From a virus (Duplodnaviria; Caudoviricetes): DNA of 64,000 nucleotides. The position numbers were made by a program, and so were the translations under genes. Shown one piece after another: positions 47,838-58,355 of this stretch. Within the stretch, counting starts at the first letter, position 1; each line of letters begins with the position of its first letter. Below the pieces are notes generated by a model that worked only from the letters and a program-made list of their open reading frames with translations, was not told the origin of the DNA and made no database searches. The stretch lies in the IMG/VR virus record IMGVR_UViG_2706796186_000001, positions 176,762 to 240,761 of that record. One strand, given 5' to 3'.

Positions 47838-48713
47838 TTAGGCCAGCTGGTTCGCTTTCTGTTCTTCGGAAACAGAGTTGAAACCACCCGCAGTCGCTTG
47901 GACATCCGGGTTGATACCATCGTACTGCTGAGACGGAGTCAGCCACAGCTTACGCGTCATAGGACGCAGGCCGTAGAGCTTCATACGTTCCAGTTCAGAC
48001 TGAGCAGCCTGCATCGGACCCCAACCCGTCCATTGCTGGCTGGTGAAGGTGATGGACAGTTCGTTCGTCTGAGGACCGGCGTTCGGATCACGCTCACCGG
48101 TATCCTGACCCGCAGTTTCAGGAATCATGTTGGTCAACCACCAAGCGTTCTGCGCTTTACGCTGATACGCATCCGGCTCAATGTACAGCACAGTGAGGCT
48201 ATACATATCCGGCAGGTGGTCTGGCACGTTCGGGTTGATTGCCACAATACCCGGATGGCCGGTTTGTGGGTCACAGATCCCGTAGACCAGCCACGCGGCC
48301 AGCATGTTCTGGAACACTTTACCGTACTTATCAGGACTGGTGTGGGTCACAGAGGACTGTGCTTCCGTTACCAGACCGGCTTCGTACTGAATACGGTTGT
48401 TACGACCCTGTTGGGTCTGAACCGCTTCGTGGCTCAGTGTTTTATCCAGACCGGTGATGGTGGTGTGGACTTCGATGAAGGACTTAATAGCCTGACGCCA
48501 CAGGGACGGGTTAGGCATGTAGTCCACCCAGCGCGGGAATTCCATGACGCGCGCGATAACGTTACGACGCAGGCGGTGGGCGTTCGTGACGAACTTACCG
48601 ACCTGTCCGACCGGGCCGTTCTGGCCCGATGCGAATGGGTTAACCATGTCGTAAGTACCACCGTCAAAGTGGAACCCCTGGTTGGGTTGAATCAAACGAT
48701 CTTTGATAGCCAT
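47838..48713 (-). CDS. Tail tube protein (phiKZ gp30-like)
   Basis: 291 aa immediately downstream of the sheath; tube-like motifs (WWLTNMIPE, ELSITFT). Confidence 0.75.
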   Translation of the reverse strand: MAIKDRLIQPNQGFHFDGGTYDMVNPFASGQNGPVGQVGKFVTNAHRLRRNVIARVMEFPRWVDYMPNPSLWRQAIKSFIEVHTTITGLDKTLSHEAVQTQQGRNNRIQYEAGLVTEAQSSVTHTSPDKYGKVFQNMLAAWLVYGICDPQTGHPGIVAINPNVPDHLPDMYSLTVLYIEPDAYQRKAQNAWWLTNMIPETAGQDTGERDPNAGPQTNELSITFTSQQWTGWGPMQAAQSELERMKLYGLRPMTRKLWLTPSQQYDGINPDVQATAGGFNSVSEEQKANQLA

Positions 48714-48716
48714 TTA

Positions 48717-50759
48717 TCAGCTCTCCCGACGGTAGACTTTGATAGTGGTGTTGACCTGAGTCAGCAGCACGCCACCGTAAGCAAGCAGATCCAGCGTTAC
48801 AGAGTAACCGTTCGATTTGTCTTCTGCGGTGAAGTACGCTTTCGGTACAATATCCGCGATACCGTCCAGACGACCTTCCAGCGCTTCGATAATCTTATCT
48901 TCCAGCATCTTCGCGCGTTCCGCATCAGTCATGCGGTCTTCACCCGACATTGCCGCCCACACACGGTCAGAGACACGGTAGACGTAAGCCATGATGAAGT
49001 TGAACATCGCGTTGTTCAGGACAGATCGTTCTTCGTTGTAGATGGACTGAATCGCCGGGATGAAGTCACGGTAGTAGTCGTAGCTACGCGCAGTGATCAG
49101 GGACACGTCCCAGTCAGAAGCGTACACGTCCATACCTTTCCACGGCATACTCAGGTCAGTCAGGTCGGTGATAATGGTGAGTTCGCCACGACCGAAACGT
49201 TTCTCCGGTTTAGCAAAACCATTGCCTGCACCCAGATATTGCGAGAACATGTTCGCCAGGGTGTAGTTCATCGGCACCGGCTTCTTGTAAGAGGAGCCGC
49301 GGATGAATGCAGATTGACCGGTGACCATACCACGCGCTGCTGGGGTACCGTATTTCACGGACTCCGGCACGGAGGTGATCATCTCAATCAGGGCCACCTT
49401 CGCACTCTCCTCCGTTTGGAGGTCGTTGCGGCCTTCGTTATAAACGTGGGTCGCCAGAGTGAGGAAGGTATTGCGTGACTTACCGATAAAGTTCACACAA
49501 GCCGATTTGGTGTCGAAGCTGAAACCGGAGTCCCAGAAACAACCCAGTGAGTATTTCAGTTCGTTGTCGTAACGAACTTGGCCACGGTCTGGGAACAGCA
49601 GCATTTCGCGACGAACGAGTTCATCGAATGCATCGTTACCCATGGTGCCATCGGAGCCGCCTTGCAGGAAGTGAATGTTGCTGCTGCCGAAGACCGCTTT
49701 ACCGGTTTCCGTTGCAGGGTTCACTTGCAGGCCGTCGTACGGCTGACCAATCAGATCCAGACCACCGAAGATATCGATGAGATATTTGTCGGTAGGTGCG
49801 TTGATCATGTTACCCGCAGCCAGGTCGAGCACGGCTTCAAGTTGGTCATGATAAACGTGGAACGTTTTGAACGGGCCGTAGTTTGGCAGCTCGCCAACAT
49901 CCGGGCTAACCTTACGGTAAGCATCGGCAACAACCACTTCGAAGTCCAGCTGCGTTCTCATCGGCTGATAGTATGCGTCAGGTAAGAAACTAAAGTTCAC
50001 ACTTGACATACTGTTCAGGGTCTTCCAGATTACCGCAGACGAGACACCCGCCAGAGTTTCAAACCACTGGAGGTTGTAAACACGTCCACCGACTTTCGTC
50101 TGGTAGGCCGAACCCAGTGCCGGTGAGGATTTCTCGCTCAACGGTACCAGTTTGAAACCGAAGCCGTTCGCATCAGCACCCGCGTAAGGCGCTTCAATAT
50201 CGAACAGTGGGTACATCTTCGACTTCGCGCCGCCTTCACCGGTCAGTGTACCGTCGATAGGTACCGCAGCGCCGATGGCCGGACTGTTGCTGTCAATAAC
50301 CACGCTGCGCAGTACGATGAGCAGGCCATCAACCTGTGTCTCGATCTTCGCTTTACCGGTGTTATCGTACTGCACGGTGCCGCCAGCATCACGCACATAC
50401 TTCGGCACTTTCGTGGCGAGTACGTCAGCGTAGAAGCGGATGGACGCCGTTTTCGCGTCATCAGGGATAAGGCGCTGATACATCCCCTCGTTGGCGTTGG
50501 CATTGAACATCGCCTGGTACGGTGTGTTGAACGTCGCGTATGGGCCGCGGAGATCGAAGATGCCTCGGCCCATTAAGTCGAGGGCGTTGTCGCCACTCAA
50601 CGGGAACGCTTCGTCACCAACGCCGCGTGCGCCAAAGGTGAAGATCAGCGGCTTATGAATCGGGTCACCCGTAGGTGCCCTCACAAGGGCGGGTACGGAA
50701 TTGTCTTCCATCCCTTCCTTGTAGTTCACGGGCGCGCCGTTACGTGGAATATAGCTCAT
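48717..50759 (-). CDS. Contractile tail sheath protein (phiKZ gp29-like)
   Basis: 680 aa; FLQGGSDG and WDSGFS motifs; position divergent from the terminase operon. Confidence 0.85.
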   Translation of the reverse strand: MSYIPRNGAPVNYKEGMEDNSVPALVRAPTGDPIHKPLIFTFGARGVGDEAFPLSGDNALDLMGRGIFDLRGPYATFNTPYQAMFNANANEGMYQRLIPDDAKTASIRFYADVLATKVPKYVRDAGGTVQYDNTGKAKIETQVDGLLIVLRSVVIDSNSPAIGAAVPIDGTLTGEGGAKSKMYPLFDIEAPYAGADANGFGFKLVPLSEKSSPALGSAYQTKVGGRVYNLQWFETLAGVSSAVIWKTLNSMSSVNFSFLPDAYYQPMRTQLDFEVVVADAYRKVSPDVGELPNYGPFKTFHVYHDQLEAVLDLAAGNMINAPTDKYLIDIFGGLDLIGQPYDGLQVNPATETGKAVFGSSNIHFLQGGSDGTMGNDAFDELVRREMLLFPDRGQVRYDNELKYSLGCFWDSGFSFDTKSACVNFIGKSRNTFLTLATHVYNEGRNDLQTEESAKVALIEMITSVPESVKYGTPAARGMVTGQSAFIRGSSYKKPVPMNYTLANMFSQYLGAGNGFAKPEKRFGRGELTIITDLTDLSMPWKGMDVYASDWDVSLITARSYDYYRDFIPAIQSIYNEERSVLNNAMFNFIMAYVYRVSDRVWAAMSGEDRMTDAERAKMLEDKIIEALEGRLDGIADIVPKAYFTAEDKSNGYSVTLDLLAYGGVLLTQVNTTIKVYRRES

Positions 50760-50798
50760 GGAACATCTCCATAAATTCGTCTTTTAAGACCAAACGGT

Positions 50799-50807
50799 CA
50801 TACTAAG
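50799..50807 (-). promoter_or_regulatory. Candidate late promoter (CTTAGTATG) for sheath/tube
   Basis: Identical to 9371-9379. Confidence 0.5.
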
Positions 50808-50817
50808 GTATCAACTC

Positions 50818-51726
50818 ATGGCACTTGAAAACGCTTACACAGGCAACGTCTTCCGTAGCTTTGACCTGAATTCACTCGCAGCCAGTATTGAACTGGCACG
50901 TAAACTCAACCAAACAGTCGCTCAATCTGACGAGGTTCACTACGTTGTTGAGACAGCCGATGTAAAATCGTTTCCTTTACCGATTGTTATCGGCGACGAC
51001 GTGTATGTAGATGCACGCACGTTTACCTCATTGGACAGAAACAATGAGCTAAAAATTCGAAACCCAATCGAACACGCATTGCGTCTCGATCAGGCTCGTT
51101 GGGAATTAGTGTGGAAACGAAACAATAGTCGGCTCGGTGCTTTGATGGCACAGCTTCCATACCACCATGAGATTTATAGCAAGTGGGTAGGCGATGCGAT
51201 TACGCATGCGTACGCACTCACTCCATATCAAAGCGGGCAAATCCGCGCAGCGGCCGCTTTGTTCTCTGTGGGTCAGTTCTACAACAACTTCGAAGACGAG
51301 ATGAAGATGCTGCGTTTGCAGCAGGAATTGTCCCGTCAGCTGGGTACGCCGTTTGAGATGTTCGAGGCCATTACCGGCCACACCGACTACCTCTTCCCGC
51401 GCAATGTCGAAGAGTTTGTGGAGATGGTGAAGCTTGCCGACATCACCCCACGCCTGAACGACTTTAGCGTGCTGGCATTGCAGCAGATGCTGAACACCAG
51501 TTTCTTCGGGGTTAGCTATGAGAAGCAGTTGTGTACCAGTGCGCTGGAATACCCACCTTCTCTGCTGGTCATGATCCGTGCTTCACTTGAGAACAATATG
51601 TTCAACCGTTCTCGTCTGGGTGGCACGATTAAGAAGTCTGACACTGCGAAGAAGAAAGACAAGTTCTTGTTCACGTACGAACTCATCATGAACCAGAACA
51701 CCAAACCCACTAACATCAAAGGTTAA
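50818..51726 (+). CDS. Virion structural protein (phiKZ gp28-like)
   Basis: 302 aa; synteny between sheath and terminase. Confidence 0.6.
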   Translation: MALENAYTGNVFRSFDLNSLAASIELARKLNQTVAQSDEVHYVVETADVKSFPLPIVIGDDVYVDARTFTSLDRNNELKIRNPIEHALRLDQARWELVWKRNNSRLGALMAQLPYHHEIYSKWVGDAITHAYALTPYQSGQIRAAAALFSVGQFYNNFEDEMKMLRLQQELSRQLGTPFEMFEAITGHTDYLFPRNVEEFVEMVKLADITPRLNDFSVLALQQMLNTSFFGVSYEKQLCTSALEYPPSLLVMIRASLENNMFNRSRLGGTIKKSDTAKKKDKFLFTYELIMNQNTKPTNIKG

Positions 51727-51737
51727 GAGGTTCCATT

Positions 51738-54263
51738 ATGGAGAACTGGCTGGTCGCCCACGCGGTTGACAACGCTTGGCAGCGTCCGAACCTTGATCGG
51801 GCACTGATTATTGAACCGTATCGTATCACGCCAAAAACCGGCGCGACCGGCTTTGTCCGTAACGGGCCTGTGTCTGTATCTTTACCCGACGCAGGTTGGT
51901 GGCACGCATACGTGGTGGATAAACTCCACATGAACTGGGGGAACCTCAATATTCCTCCGAACCGTTGGAAGCGAGTATCTGCCTGTGTGAATGCGTTCAG
52001 TACCTTCATGCAGCTGTACAACGAGAATGGAAGAACATTCCCGGTGACGAATGCTTTTGTCATGCGTCGCGATACCGGGGAAATCCTGTTAGCGATTCCG
52101 CAGACCGACCGTTACAAATGGCTGGATACCGACGACATTTACTGGCGTATCTTCCCCGGTTACACTGGTACGGTGGTGGCGAAACAAGTACACCCGACGT
52201 TTGTCGAATTCTTTGAAACGCCGAATGCCAACAAAATCAAAGATGCAATAGACCGCTACAACTCACTGGTCGGCCAGAACAACGGCTATGTGAGTTTCTG
52301 GGTCAACGGCTCGCTGATTATCAACCCGACTCCGGCCGACATTTCGACGTGGGACGATGTTGAGATTGTGGTAGATGGGCGTGGGATTCGCACGGTAGAT
52401 TTCCGTTGTGGGGATTTACCGACGTTCCAGTCGTCGTTGGATGGGAAACGTAAATACCTGCTCCACTTCCCGAAAACAGCGGACATGGTGTGGATTTTCA
52501 ACAACGACGTTGAGATTCAGATCCTGAACGGACGCGAGGGTCGTTACTACCACCGTCATCGTCATCTGGCCATTCGTCAGGTTACCTTCAACGACATCAG
52601 TATTCCAACAGAACGGCTGAGCCAGTTGCGTAACGCCTTCAGCAAACCGATTAGCGATTTGGATGACGTGGTTATCCGTGTGGTTATCCGTGAAGACTAC
52701 CTTGCAGTGGCACCGCTGTTCAACGCCAGCCATATCCACGACCTGTATAAGATGCCAGACAGTGACATCGTTGCAGCGATGGTTGGGGCTAACGCTACCG
52801 TTCCTGAGTGGACAGCGAAGGTGTTGGAAAATGCCGCCTTTAACAAGGTGGCCGCAGCGAAGATGTCAAACATCACTCGCGATTTGACCACGGAAGCTTA
52901 CGGGTATAATGCAGTAACGCGTTACGCCGCTGACACGCCACAGAAGTTGATGTTGGATAACGGGAAATGGACAGCAACACTACCTGACCTGTTAGCGTCA
53001 CGGTCAGTGGTTTACGAATACGACTCGACTGGAAAGCTGCTCGGTTGTTACCCGAACCGTAACGCGGCAGTCTACACGGCGAAGAACGTCACTGCACGTT
53101 ACATCGAAGGGATTGCAGGCGATGTCGATACGGCGATGAACATCATGGACAACGCGCCCGATTTCTCCATCTCAGAAGGGGAGAACGTTGCGCTATGGGT
53201 TCGTAAGGTGGTCAGTGGTGTCGGCACCAATGAATACACCGAAGCGGTAGAAGGGACGGACTACAAGCGGGAGGGTAACGCCATCCGGTGGAGCGTTGAC
53301 CGTGCACGCCGTTGGCCAACCGTCGTTCGTGATGACCGTCATTTGTTCTTCAGCCAGACCGTGAACGTCAAAGAAGGACAACTGCGTATCCCGATTCTGG
53401 GACGTTCGAACAGCGAACCGATTCGTACGTTGTGGACACCGATGGAAACCGTGGAGGTCTGGTTAAACAAACGACCATTGGTCTTTGGGATTGACTACGT
53501 CGTTATCTGGCCAGAGATTGTCATCGTGTGTAAAGTCTGGGCCAGTGACGCTGACGAAAACGTAGTGGATGTCCGTGCGCGTGGCGTAACCGGTAAACTG
53601 CATGTGCCGAAGACCGGGTTTGTTTCGAGCGGATTACTGTCTAACAACAGCCACTTCGATGTGCGTGATGACAAGGTCATTCGTATCGTTGCCGGGGGAC
53701 GTATCCTGACCCGCAATGAGGTGGTCTTCCGTGAAGACAACACGGTGGGTACCGATGTAGTGCCGGACGGCTTCCCCTTCTCAGTGGATGACCCGACGGT
53801 GCCACTACGGTCACTTATCACCGGGGACACGTATGCGTTACGCGATGTATCTCGTGACATCGATGCGCGTACCGAGGATTATCTGTCGGCTTGGTATCCA
53901 ACCCCGCCACCGGTCAATCCGGTACCGTTGAAAAGCTGGTATCATCTCTACAGCCCACTGTTGAACAAAGTGCTGTGGGATTACAAGCAAGGGTACCTCC
54001 ATTTGGTAGAAGACGATCCTGAATACCGGATTTCGACTTCACAGCTGGACATCGTCATGGAGGGTTATCTTGACCTGCTGAACTTTGACCCGGCATTCAT
54101 TGGCTATGATAAAGCCTTTGTGCGTGTGCATCCGCATTCGCAATACCAGGTTGTAGAGGTTGATGAATTGGGCTTTGCTTTCATGGACCGTGTGAATCAG
54201 CGGTATCTGAAAGGTGAGGTGCAACTTAACCAGTATCTGAAAATCAAAGGTTCTAAAGCATGA
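51738..54263 (+). CDS. Virion structural protein, probably baseplate (phiKZ gp27-like)
   Basis: 841 aa, beta-rich; synteny. Confidence 0.65.
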   Translation: MENWLVAHAVDNAWQRPNLDRALIIEPYRITPKTGATGFVRNGPVSVSLPDAGWWHAYVVDKLHMNWGNLNIPPNRWKRVSACVNAFSTFMQLYNENGRTFPVTNAFVMRRDTGEILLAIPQTDRYKWLDTDDIYWRIFPGYTGTVVAKQVHPTFVEFFETPNANKIKDAIDRYNSLVGQNNGYVSFWVNGSLIINPTPADISTWDDVEIVVDGRGIRTVDFRCGDLPTFQSSLDGKRKYLLHFPKTADMVWIFNNDVEIQILNGREGRYYHRHRHLAIRQVTFNDISIPTERLSQLRNAFSKPISDLDDVVIRVVIREDYLAVAPLFNASHIHDLYKMPDSDIVAAMVGANATVPEWTAKVLENAAFNKVAAAKMSNITRDLTTEAYGYNAVTRYAADTPQKLMLDNGKWTATLPDLLASRSVVYEYDSTGKLLGCYPNRNAAVYTAKNVTARYIEGIAGDVDTAMNIMDNAPDFSISEGENVALWVRKVVSGVGTNEYTEAVEGTDYKREGNAIRWSVDRARRWPTVVRDDRHLFFSQTVNVKEGQLRIPILGRSNSEPIRTLWTPMETVEVWLNKRPLVFGIDYVVIWPEIVIVCKVWASDADENVVDVRARGVTGKLHVPKTGFVSSGLLSNNSHFDVRDDKVIRIVAGGRILTRNEVVFREDNTVGTDVVPDGFPFSVDDPTVPLRSLITGDTYALRDVSRDIDARTEDYLSAWYPTPPPVNPVPLKSWYHLYSPLLNKVLWDYKQGYLHLVEDDPEYRISTSQLDIVMEGYLDLLNFDPAFIGYDKAFVRVHPHSQYQVVEVDELGFAFMDRVNQRYLKGEVQLNQYLKIKGSKA

Positions 54264-55900
54264 CCACTTTATTGACTGATCTTATCGACAGAGACCGCGG
54301 CTTTCGCGTCTGGGGGGAAGGTGACCTCTATGACGAGAAGAAAGGCACCGGCTTTGTCCCCAATCCAAAAGACTGGATTGTGCACGACAACAACATTGTT
54401 GAGCGTGTCTTAACGGTGAACTACGCGACCCCGTCATGGACGGTGGAAGTGATAAACGCCATCCCGGTGAAGAACACGGACAAGATTAACGGGGGTCACT
54501 ACCCGCTGCGTTCGGACAAATACCGTGTCTATTTCGACACCACGAAAAACCCGGCGACCATGGTGGTGGATAACAACATCACTTTCAACGGGCCGGACGT
54601 GGACGGGATTCGTATATTCCGTGGGACGGACATTTCGGACAACGGGGAAATTCTGTCAGGCTTCTACAAAAACGGCCGCCTTGACAAGAACTACCTGCCG
54701 ATGCAGACCATCTCCAAAGACGGTGTCGAGACCGTGGTCAAATCACCCCTACCGGGCAGTCTGTTAGCGCCGGTGGAACACGGTGAGCAGTTCAGCTACG
54801 TCGTCTATGCCGATTCCGGGGACATCATCGAAATCGGTACCGGGTACTTCATCAAGACCAACCTCGTCATGCCGCAAGACACGGCGAGCCGTCAGATTCT
54901 GGACATCAAACTGGTGTCGCCGTTCATCGTGGATGACAACGGTACCGTGTTAACGTTGCCAATTAACATCCCGCTGGATTCTATCCCGCTGTCGGTTGTG
55001 GTGAAATACTCCGACGGTGAGAAGAAGATGAACATCGACGGTTCCCGTGTCATTCTGAACGGGATTCGTAATGCCGGTTCCCACGATACGTATTACCTCT
55101 CGACCAATGCCGGTAACGAGCTGCCACTGACGCTCAGTTATCTGTTGGCTAAAGGGGAAACGTACTTTGGGGACAACCTCATCAACGGGACAATCTTCAA
55201 AGATTATACCGCGGTGACGGAAACGGTGGACGGGGCGTACTCGATGAAACTGTTTGTGGTACCGAAGTGGCTGAACGCCAACCAAGGTTATCGCCTCCAG
55301 TATTACCTGTACAACCTGACCCGCGGACAGGTTTACGACGCCACGGCGGCGTGTACGCTGACGGGCGGACAAGCGTTTGACCCAATGTTGTACGGTGTCA
55401 AGCAGCGTCTGAATGTCCAGTGTGACATTTCCAAAGTGGATGCGAAGTTCCGTGCGTTTATTCAGGCACAGTCCTTCTCCATCACGCTGGTCAATCCGGG
55501 TACCGAACTGAACACCAACTACTTCCTCGAATATCTGCCTGATGGGCTGAAATACGGTGAAGGCATTTGGGCCACGTTCAAATACTCGAACGTCAACTAC
55601 TCGGAAATCGATGTGCGTTGTGGTAAAGCGACAAAAGCCGAATGGCTGGCCGCGCTCTACGACCCATCCTACCCGCTGTACGACCGCCGTAACGAATCCG
55701 GCCCGCTGGAGCCGACCCACTTCGAAATCCACGTCGGTGGACAAGTGGTGACAGCATCAGTCGATGACTGGATGAGTGTCAAGGTTGTGAACTACAAAGT
55801 GGCGCTGGACGATACGCTGGTGATTCGCTGGTTACGCCGTACTCCAACGGACACCCTGCAACTCGCTTGCTCCCCGATGTTGGCACACAACATCAGCTAA
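54260..55900 (+). CDS. Virion structural protein (phiKZ gp26-like)
   Basis: 546 aa; ATGA coupling; synteny. Confidence 0.65.
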   Translation: MTTLLTDLIDRDRGFRVWGEGDLYDEKKGTGFVPNPKDWIVHDNNIVERVLTVNYATPSWTVEVINAIPVKNTDKINGGHYPLRSDKYRVYFDTTKNPATMVVDNNITFNGPDVDGIRIFRGTDISDNGEILSGFYKNGRLDKNYLPMQTISKDGVETVVKSPLPGSLLAPVEHGEQFSYVVYADSGDIIEIGTGYFIKTNLVMPQDTASRQILDIKLVSPFIVDDNGTVLTLPINIPLDSIPLSVVVKYSDGEKKMNIDGSRVILNGIRNAGSHDTYYLSTNAGNELPLTLSYLLAKGETYFGDNLINGTIFKDYTAVTETVDGAYSMKLFVVPKWLNANQGYRLQYYLYNLTRGQVYDATAACTLTGGQAFDPMLYGVKQRLNVQCDISKVDAKFRAFIQAQSFSITLVNPGTELNTNYFLEYLPDGLKYGEGIWATFKYSNVNYSEIDVRCGKATKAEWLAALYDPSYPLYDRRNESGPLEPTHFEIHVGGQVVTASVDDWMSVKVVNYKVALDDTLVIRWLRRTPTDTLQLACSPMLAHNIS

Positions 55901-55942
55901 TACCTTCCTCCTCCCCGGTCGGGGAGGAGGCTAGGAGGAACC

Positions 55943-58054
55943 ATGATATTACGTGAACGTGATTGGGGTTTCTATCCGGGCGCTTTAGCGGATGACACCA
56001 CCAAGAACAAACACTTTATGTATTTCGCCGACACCCTCAAAGGGCTCGGTGTAAAGCACTGGTATTTGCATCTTGCACTTCTCGACCCGGAACTGCAAGG
56101 TGTTGATCCGCACGACCCACACCTGACTGTTGAGCAACAGGCGCGTGTGATTGCAGAATGTGCACGTAACCCATGGTACTACATCCGTGAATGCCTGCGC
56201 GTTCCTGCGGATGGTACTGACGGTGTACCCTTTAAGATTGACCGCGGTAACTTTGCGATGTTTTGGATTTTCTTCAATAACATCGACGTGGCCATCGAGT
56301 TCCTTCGTCAGCACGGTAAGACCGTCGGGATGTGTTCGCTCCTGAGTTGGCTGCTGCGTTTCCTTGAGAAGTCGCGTACAATTCTGGTCACCAAAGGACC
56401 GGTACTGCGTGAGGAAACCATCACCAAACTGAAAGAGCTGCGCAACTGCCTGCCGAAATACCTGTGGCCTATCCACCCGGATGACCCTGACAACAAAGAA
56501 GCCTTTGCGTGTATGGCGCAGGGCAACAAACTGATTACCGCGATTGGTCAGAACGACGAACAATCTGCAAACGGTGTGGGCCGTGGTCTAACCGCCGGTC
56601 GTCTGTTCTCGGATGAGGGCCCCTTCACCAACAACATCCACATCATTCTTCCGGCCGCGCTGGCATCCGGTACGGCTGCCCGTAACATCAACGAAGAATC
56701 CGGTGTGCCTTACGGTAACGTGTTCGCAACAACGCCCGGCGATCTGGCCACCCCAGAAGGTCAGTACATGTACGAACTGATGACTTCGGGGATTAACTGG
56801 GACGAGCGTTATGTCGATATCCCAACCCGTCAGCAGTTGATTGACATGATTCGACACAACTCCACGTCGAAGATGCCACGTATCATGTTCTACGCGAAGT
56901 TCAACCACCGTCAACTGGGTACCTCCGATGCGAAACTCGCAGATATGATTGCGAACGCCACGGGTAGCCCAGACCAAATCCGCCGTGACTTCGGTGGCGA
57001 ATGGACTACCGGTGGTTTCAACAAACCGTTCTCCGGTGACGATGCTCGCCGTATGAACGGGTCGCGTATGCGTGCCACGTACAAGGACATCAGTCCAGCC
57101 AACTACATCACCGATTGGTATTACGGTGAAATGGAAATGGCAACGAAACTCCATGACCGCCACATCATCGGTCTGGATACGTCGGAAGCGGTAGGTCGGG
57201 ATGCGATTGCCATGTCGATTGTCAACTCGGTGACCGCAGAGTACGCCGGGAAGATGACCGTGAACGAAACCAACGTCATTGGCTTTGCCATTCACTTGGC
57301 GGACTTCATGGAGCGGTTCCCGAATACGGTACTTATTCTCGAACGTAAGTCGACCGGTTCATCGGTTGCAGATGCAATCATCCTTCAATTGCAGTCTCGC
57401 GTCCGTGACTTGCACCGTCGTCTGTATGTCAGGATAACGGACACCAACAGCCGTAACGACGATTTGTATAAGGAGTATGCTCGCGGGCCAGCAGGCGGAA
57501 ACGCTGAACGGTTCTGGGACAAATTCCGTAAGTACATCGGCTTCACTACGGATGGTGATAAACGTCGGAAATTATATGGTGAGGTCTTCACCATGGCTCT
57601 CCGTTTATCAGCCCACTTGTTACGCAGTGGTGAACTCATCGACCAAATCCTTGGTTTGGTGGAGCGCAGCGGACGTATTGACCACCAGAAATCCGGTCAT
57701 GATGACTTGGTCATTTCTTGGCTACTGGCAATGTGGCTGCTCTTGTTTGGTAAGAACCTGAATCACTACGGGATTACCAACAACCGACTAATGATTCGAA
57801 ATCGCAATATCCTTGTAGGTGGAGATGTTACTGGAGACGAGGACGCGATGGTTGAAGAGGAGGAGAAGCAACAGCAACTGATGGGTGAGATTGAAGAAGT
57901 GATGAAGCAAAGTGTGGGCGTGACTTGTCCTGTACGCCAAATGACCTTGCGTAATCGCCTCCAGTCCCTCATCGCACAACTTAACACTGATATGCGCAAC
58001 GTCGCATCGATGGAAAGCTTGAAAGAGCTTATCCAGCGCCAGAGGATGAAGTAA
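55943..58054 (+). CDS. terL: Terminase large subunit
   Basis: Walker A LRQHGKT, GRGLT, Walker B LFSDEG, motif III ATTPG, nuclease IGLDTSE...HDDLVISW. Confidence 0.92.
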   Translation: MILRERDWGFYPGALADDTTKNKHFMYFADTLKGLGVKHWYLHLALLDPELQGVDPHDPHLTVEQQARVIAECARNPWYYIRECLRVPADGTDGVPFKIDRGNFAMFWIFFNNIDVAIEFLRQHGKTVGMCSLLSWLLRFLEKSRTILVTKGPVLREETITKLKELRNCLPKYLWPIHPDDPDNKEAFACMAQGNKLITAIGQNDEQSANGVGRGLTAGRLFSDEGPFTNNIHIILPAALASGTAARNINEESGVPYGNVFATTPGDLATPEGQYMYELMTSGINWDERYVDIPTRQQLIDMIRHNSTSKMPRIMFYAKFNHRQLGTSDAKLADMIANATGSPDQIRRDFGGEWTTGGFNKPFSGDDARRMNGSRMRATYKDISPANYITDWYYGEMEMATKLHDRHIIGLDTSEAVGRDAIAMSIVNSVTAEYAGKMTVNETNVIGFAIHLADFMERFPNTVLILERKSTGSSVADAIILQLQSRVRDLHRRLYVRITDTNSRNDDLYKEYARGPAGGNAERFWDKFRKYIGFTTDGDKRRKLYGEVFTMALRLSAHLLRSGELIDQILGLVERSGRIDHQKSGHDDLVISWLLAMWLLLFGKNLNHYGITNNRLMIRNRNILVGGDVTGDEDAMVEEEEKQQQLMGEIEEVMKQSVGVTCPVRQMTLRNRLQSLIAQLNTDMRNVASMESLKELIQRQRMK

Positions 58055-58281
58055 TGACTCAACTCTTTTATTTAGCGGTAGCAATAGTTTGGATCGCCAT
58101 GTTTGTGTCCATACACCACATTCACGGCGTTGTTAAACAACATGCCATTCAGAACAATCTCTCCACGATGGTCTTGCTTCGATCGCAAGCCTTTGCGATT
58201 ACCGGGATGATTGTGCTGGGTGCCATCGCGACATCAGGGATGCATTACGTTTATACGCTGCACCAACTCTCGGTTCTGTAA
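58054..58281 (+). CDS. Small two-TM membrane protein
   Basis: Two hydrophobic helices; TAATG coupling to terL. Confidence 0.6.
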   Translation: MTQLFYLAVAIVWIAMFVSIHHIHGVVKQHAIQNNLSTMVLLRSQAFAITGMIVLGAIATSGMHYVYTLHQLSVL

Positions 58282-58300
58282 GTCCGTCTGCTGGCAAGAT

Positions 58301-58355
58301 AAAAAAGAATAGGCACCTACCCCCAAAAGGAGTAGGTGCCGTTCTTTTATTTTTT
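58301..58355. terminator. Bidirectional terminator (conserved family)
   Basis: AAAAAAGAATA-GGCACCTACCCC-CAAAA-GGAGTAGGTGCC-GTTCTTTTATTTTTT. Confidence 0.85.

Noticed and set aside
47898-49478. 526-aa ORF on the + strand
   Set aside because: Antisense shadow of the tail tube and sheath genes, explained by their codon bias. No SD and no recognisable motifs.
1531-58355. Repeated hairpins as a CRISPR array, REP elements or IS ends
   Set aside because: They are dispersed, sit at gene 3' ends with U-tracts, and have no spacers, cas genes or transposase. They are terminators.
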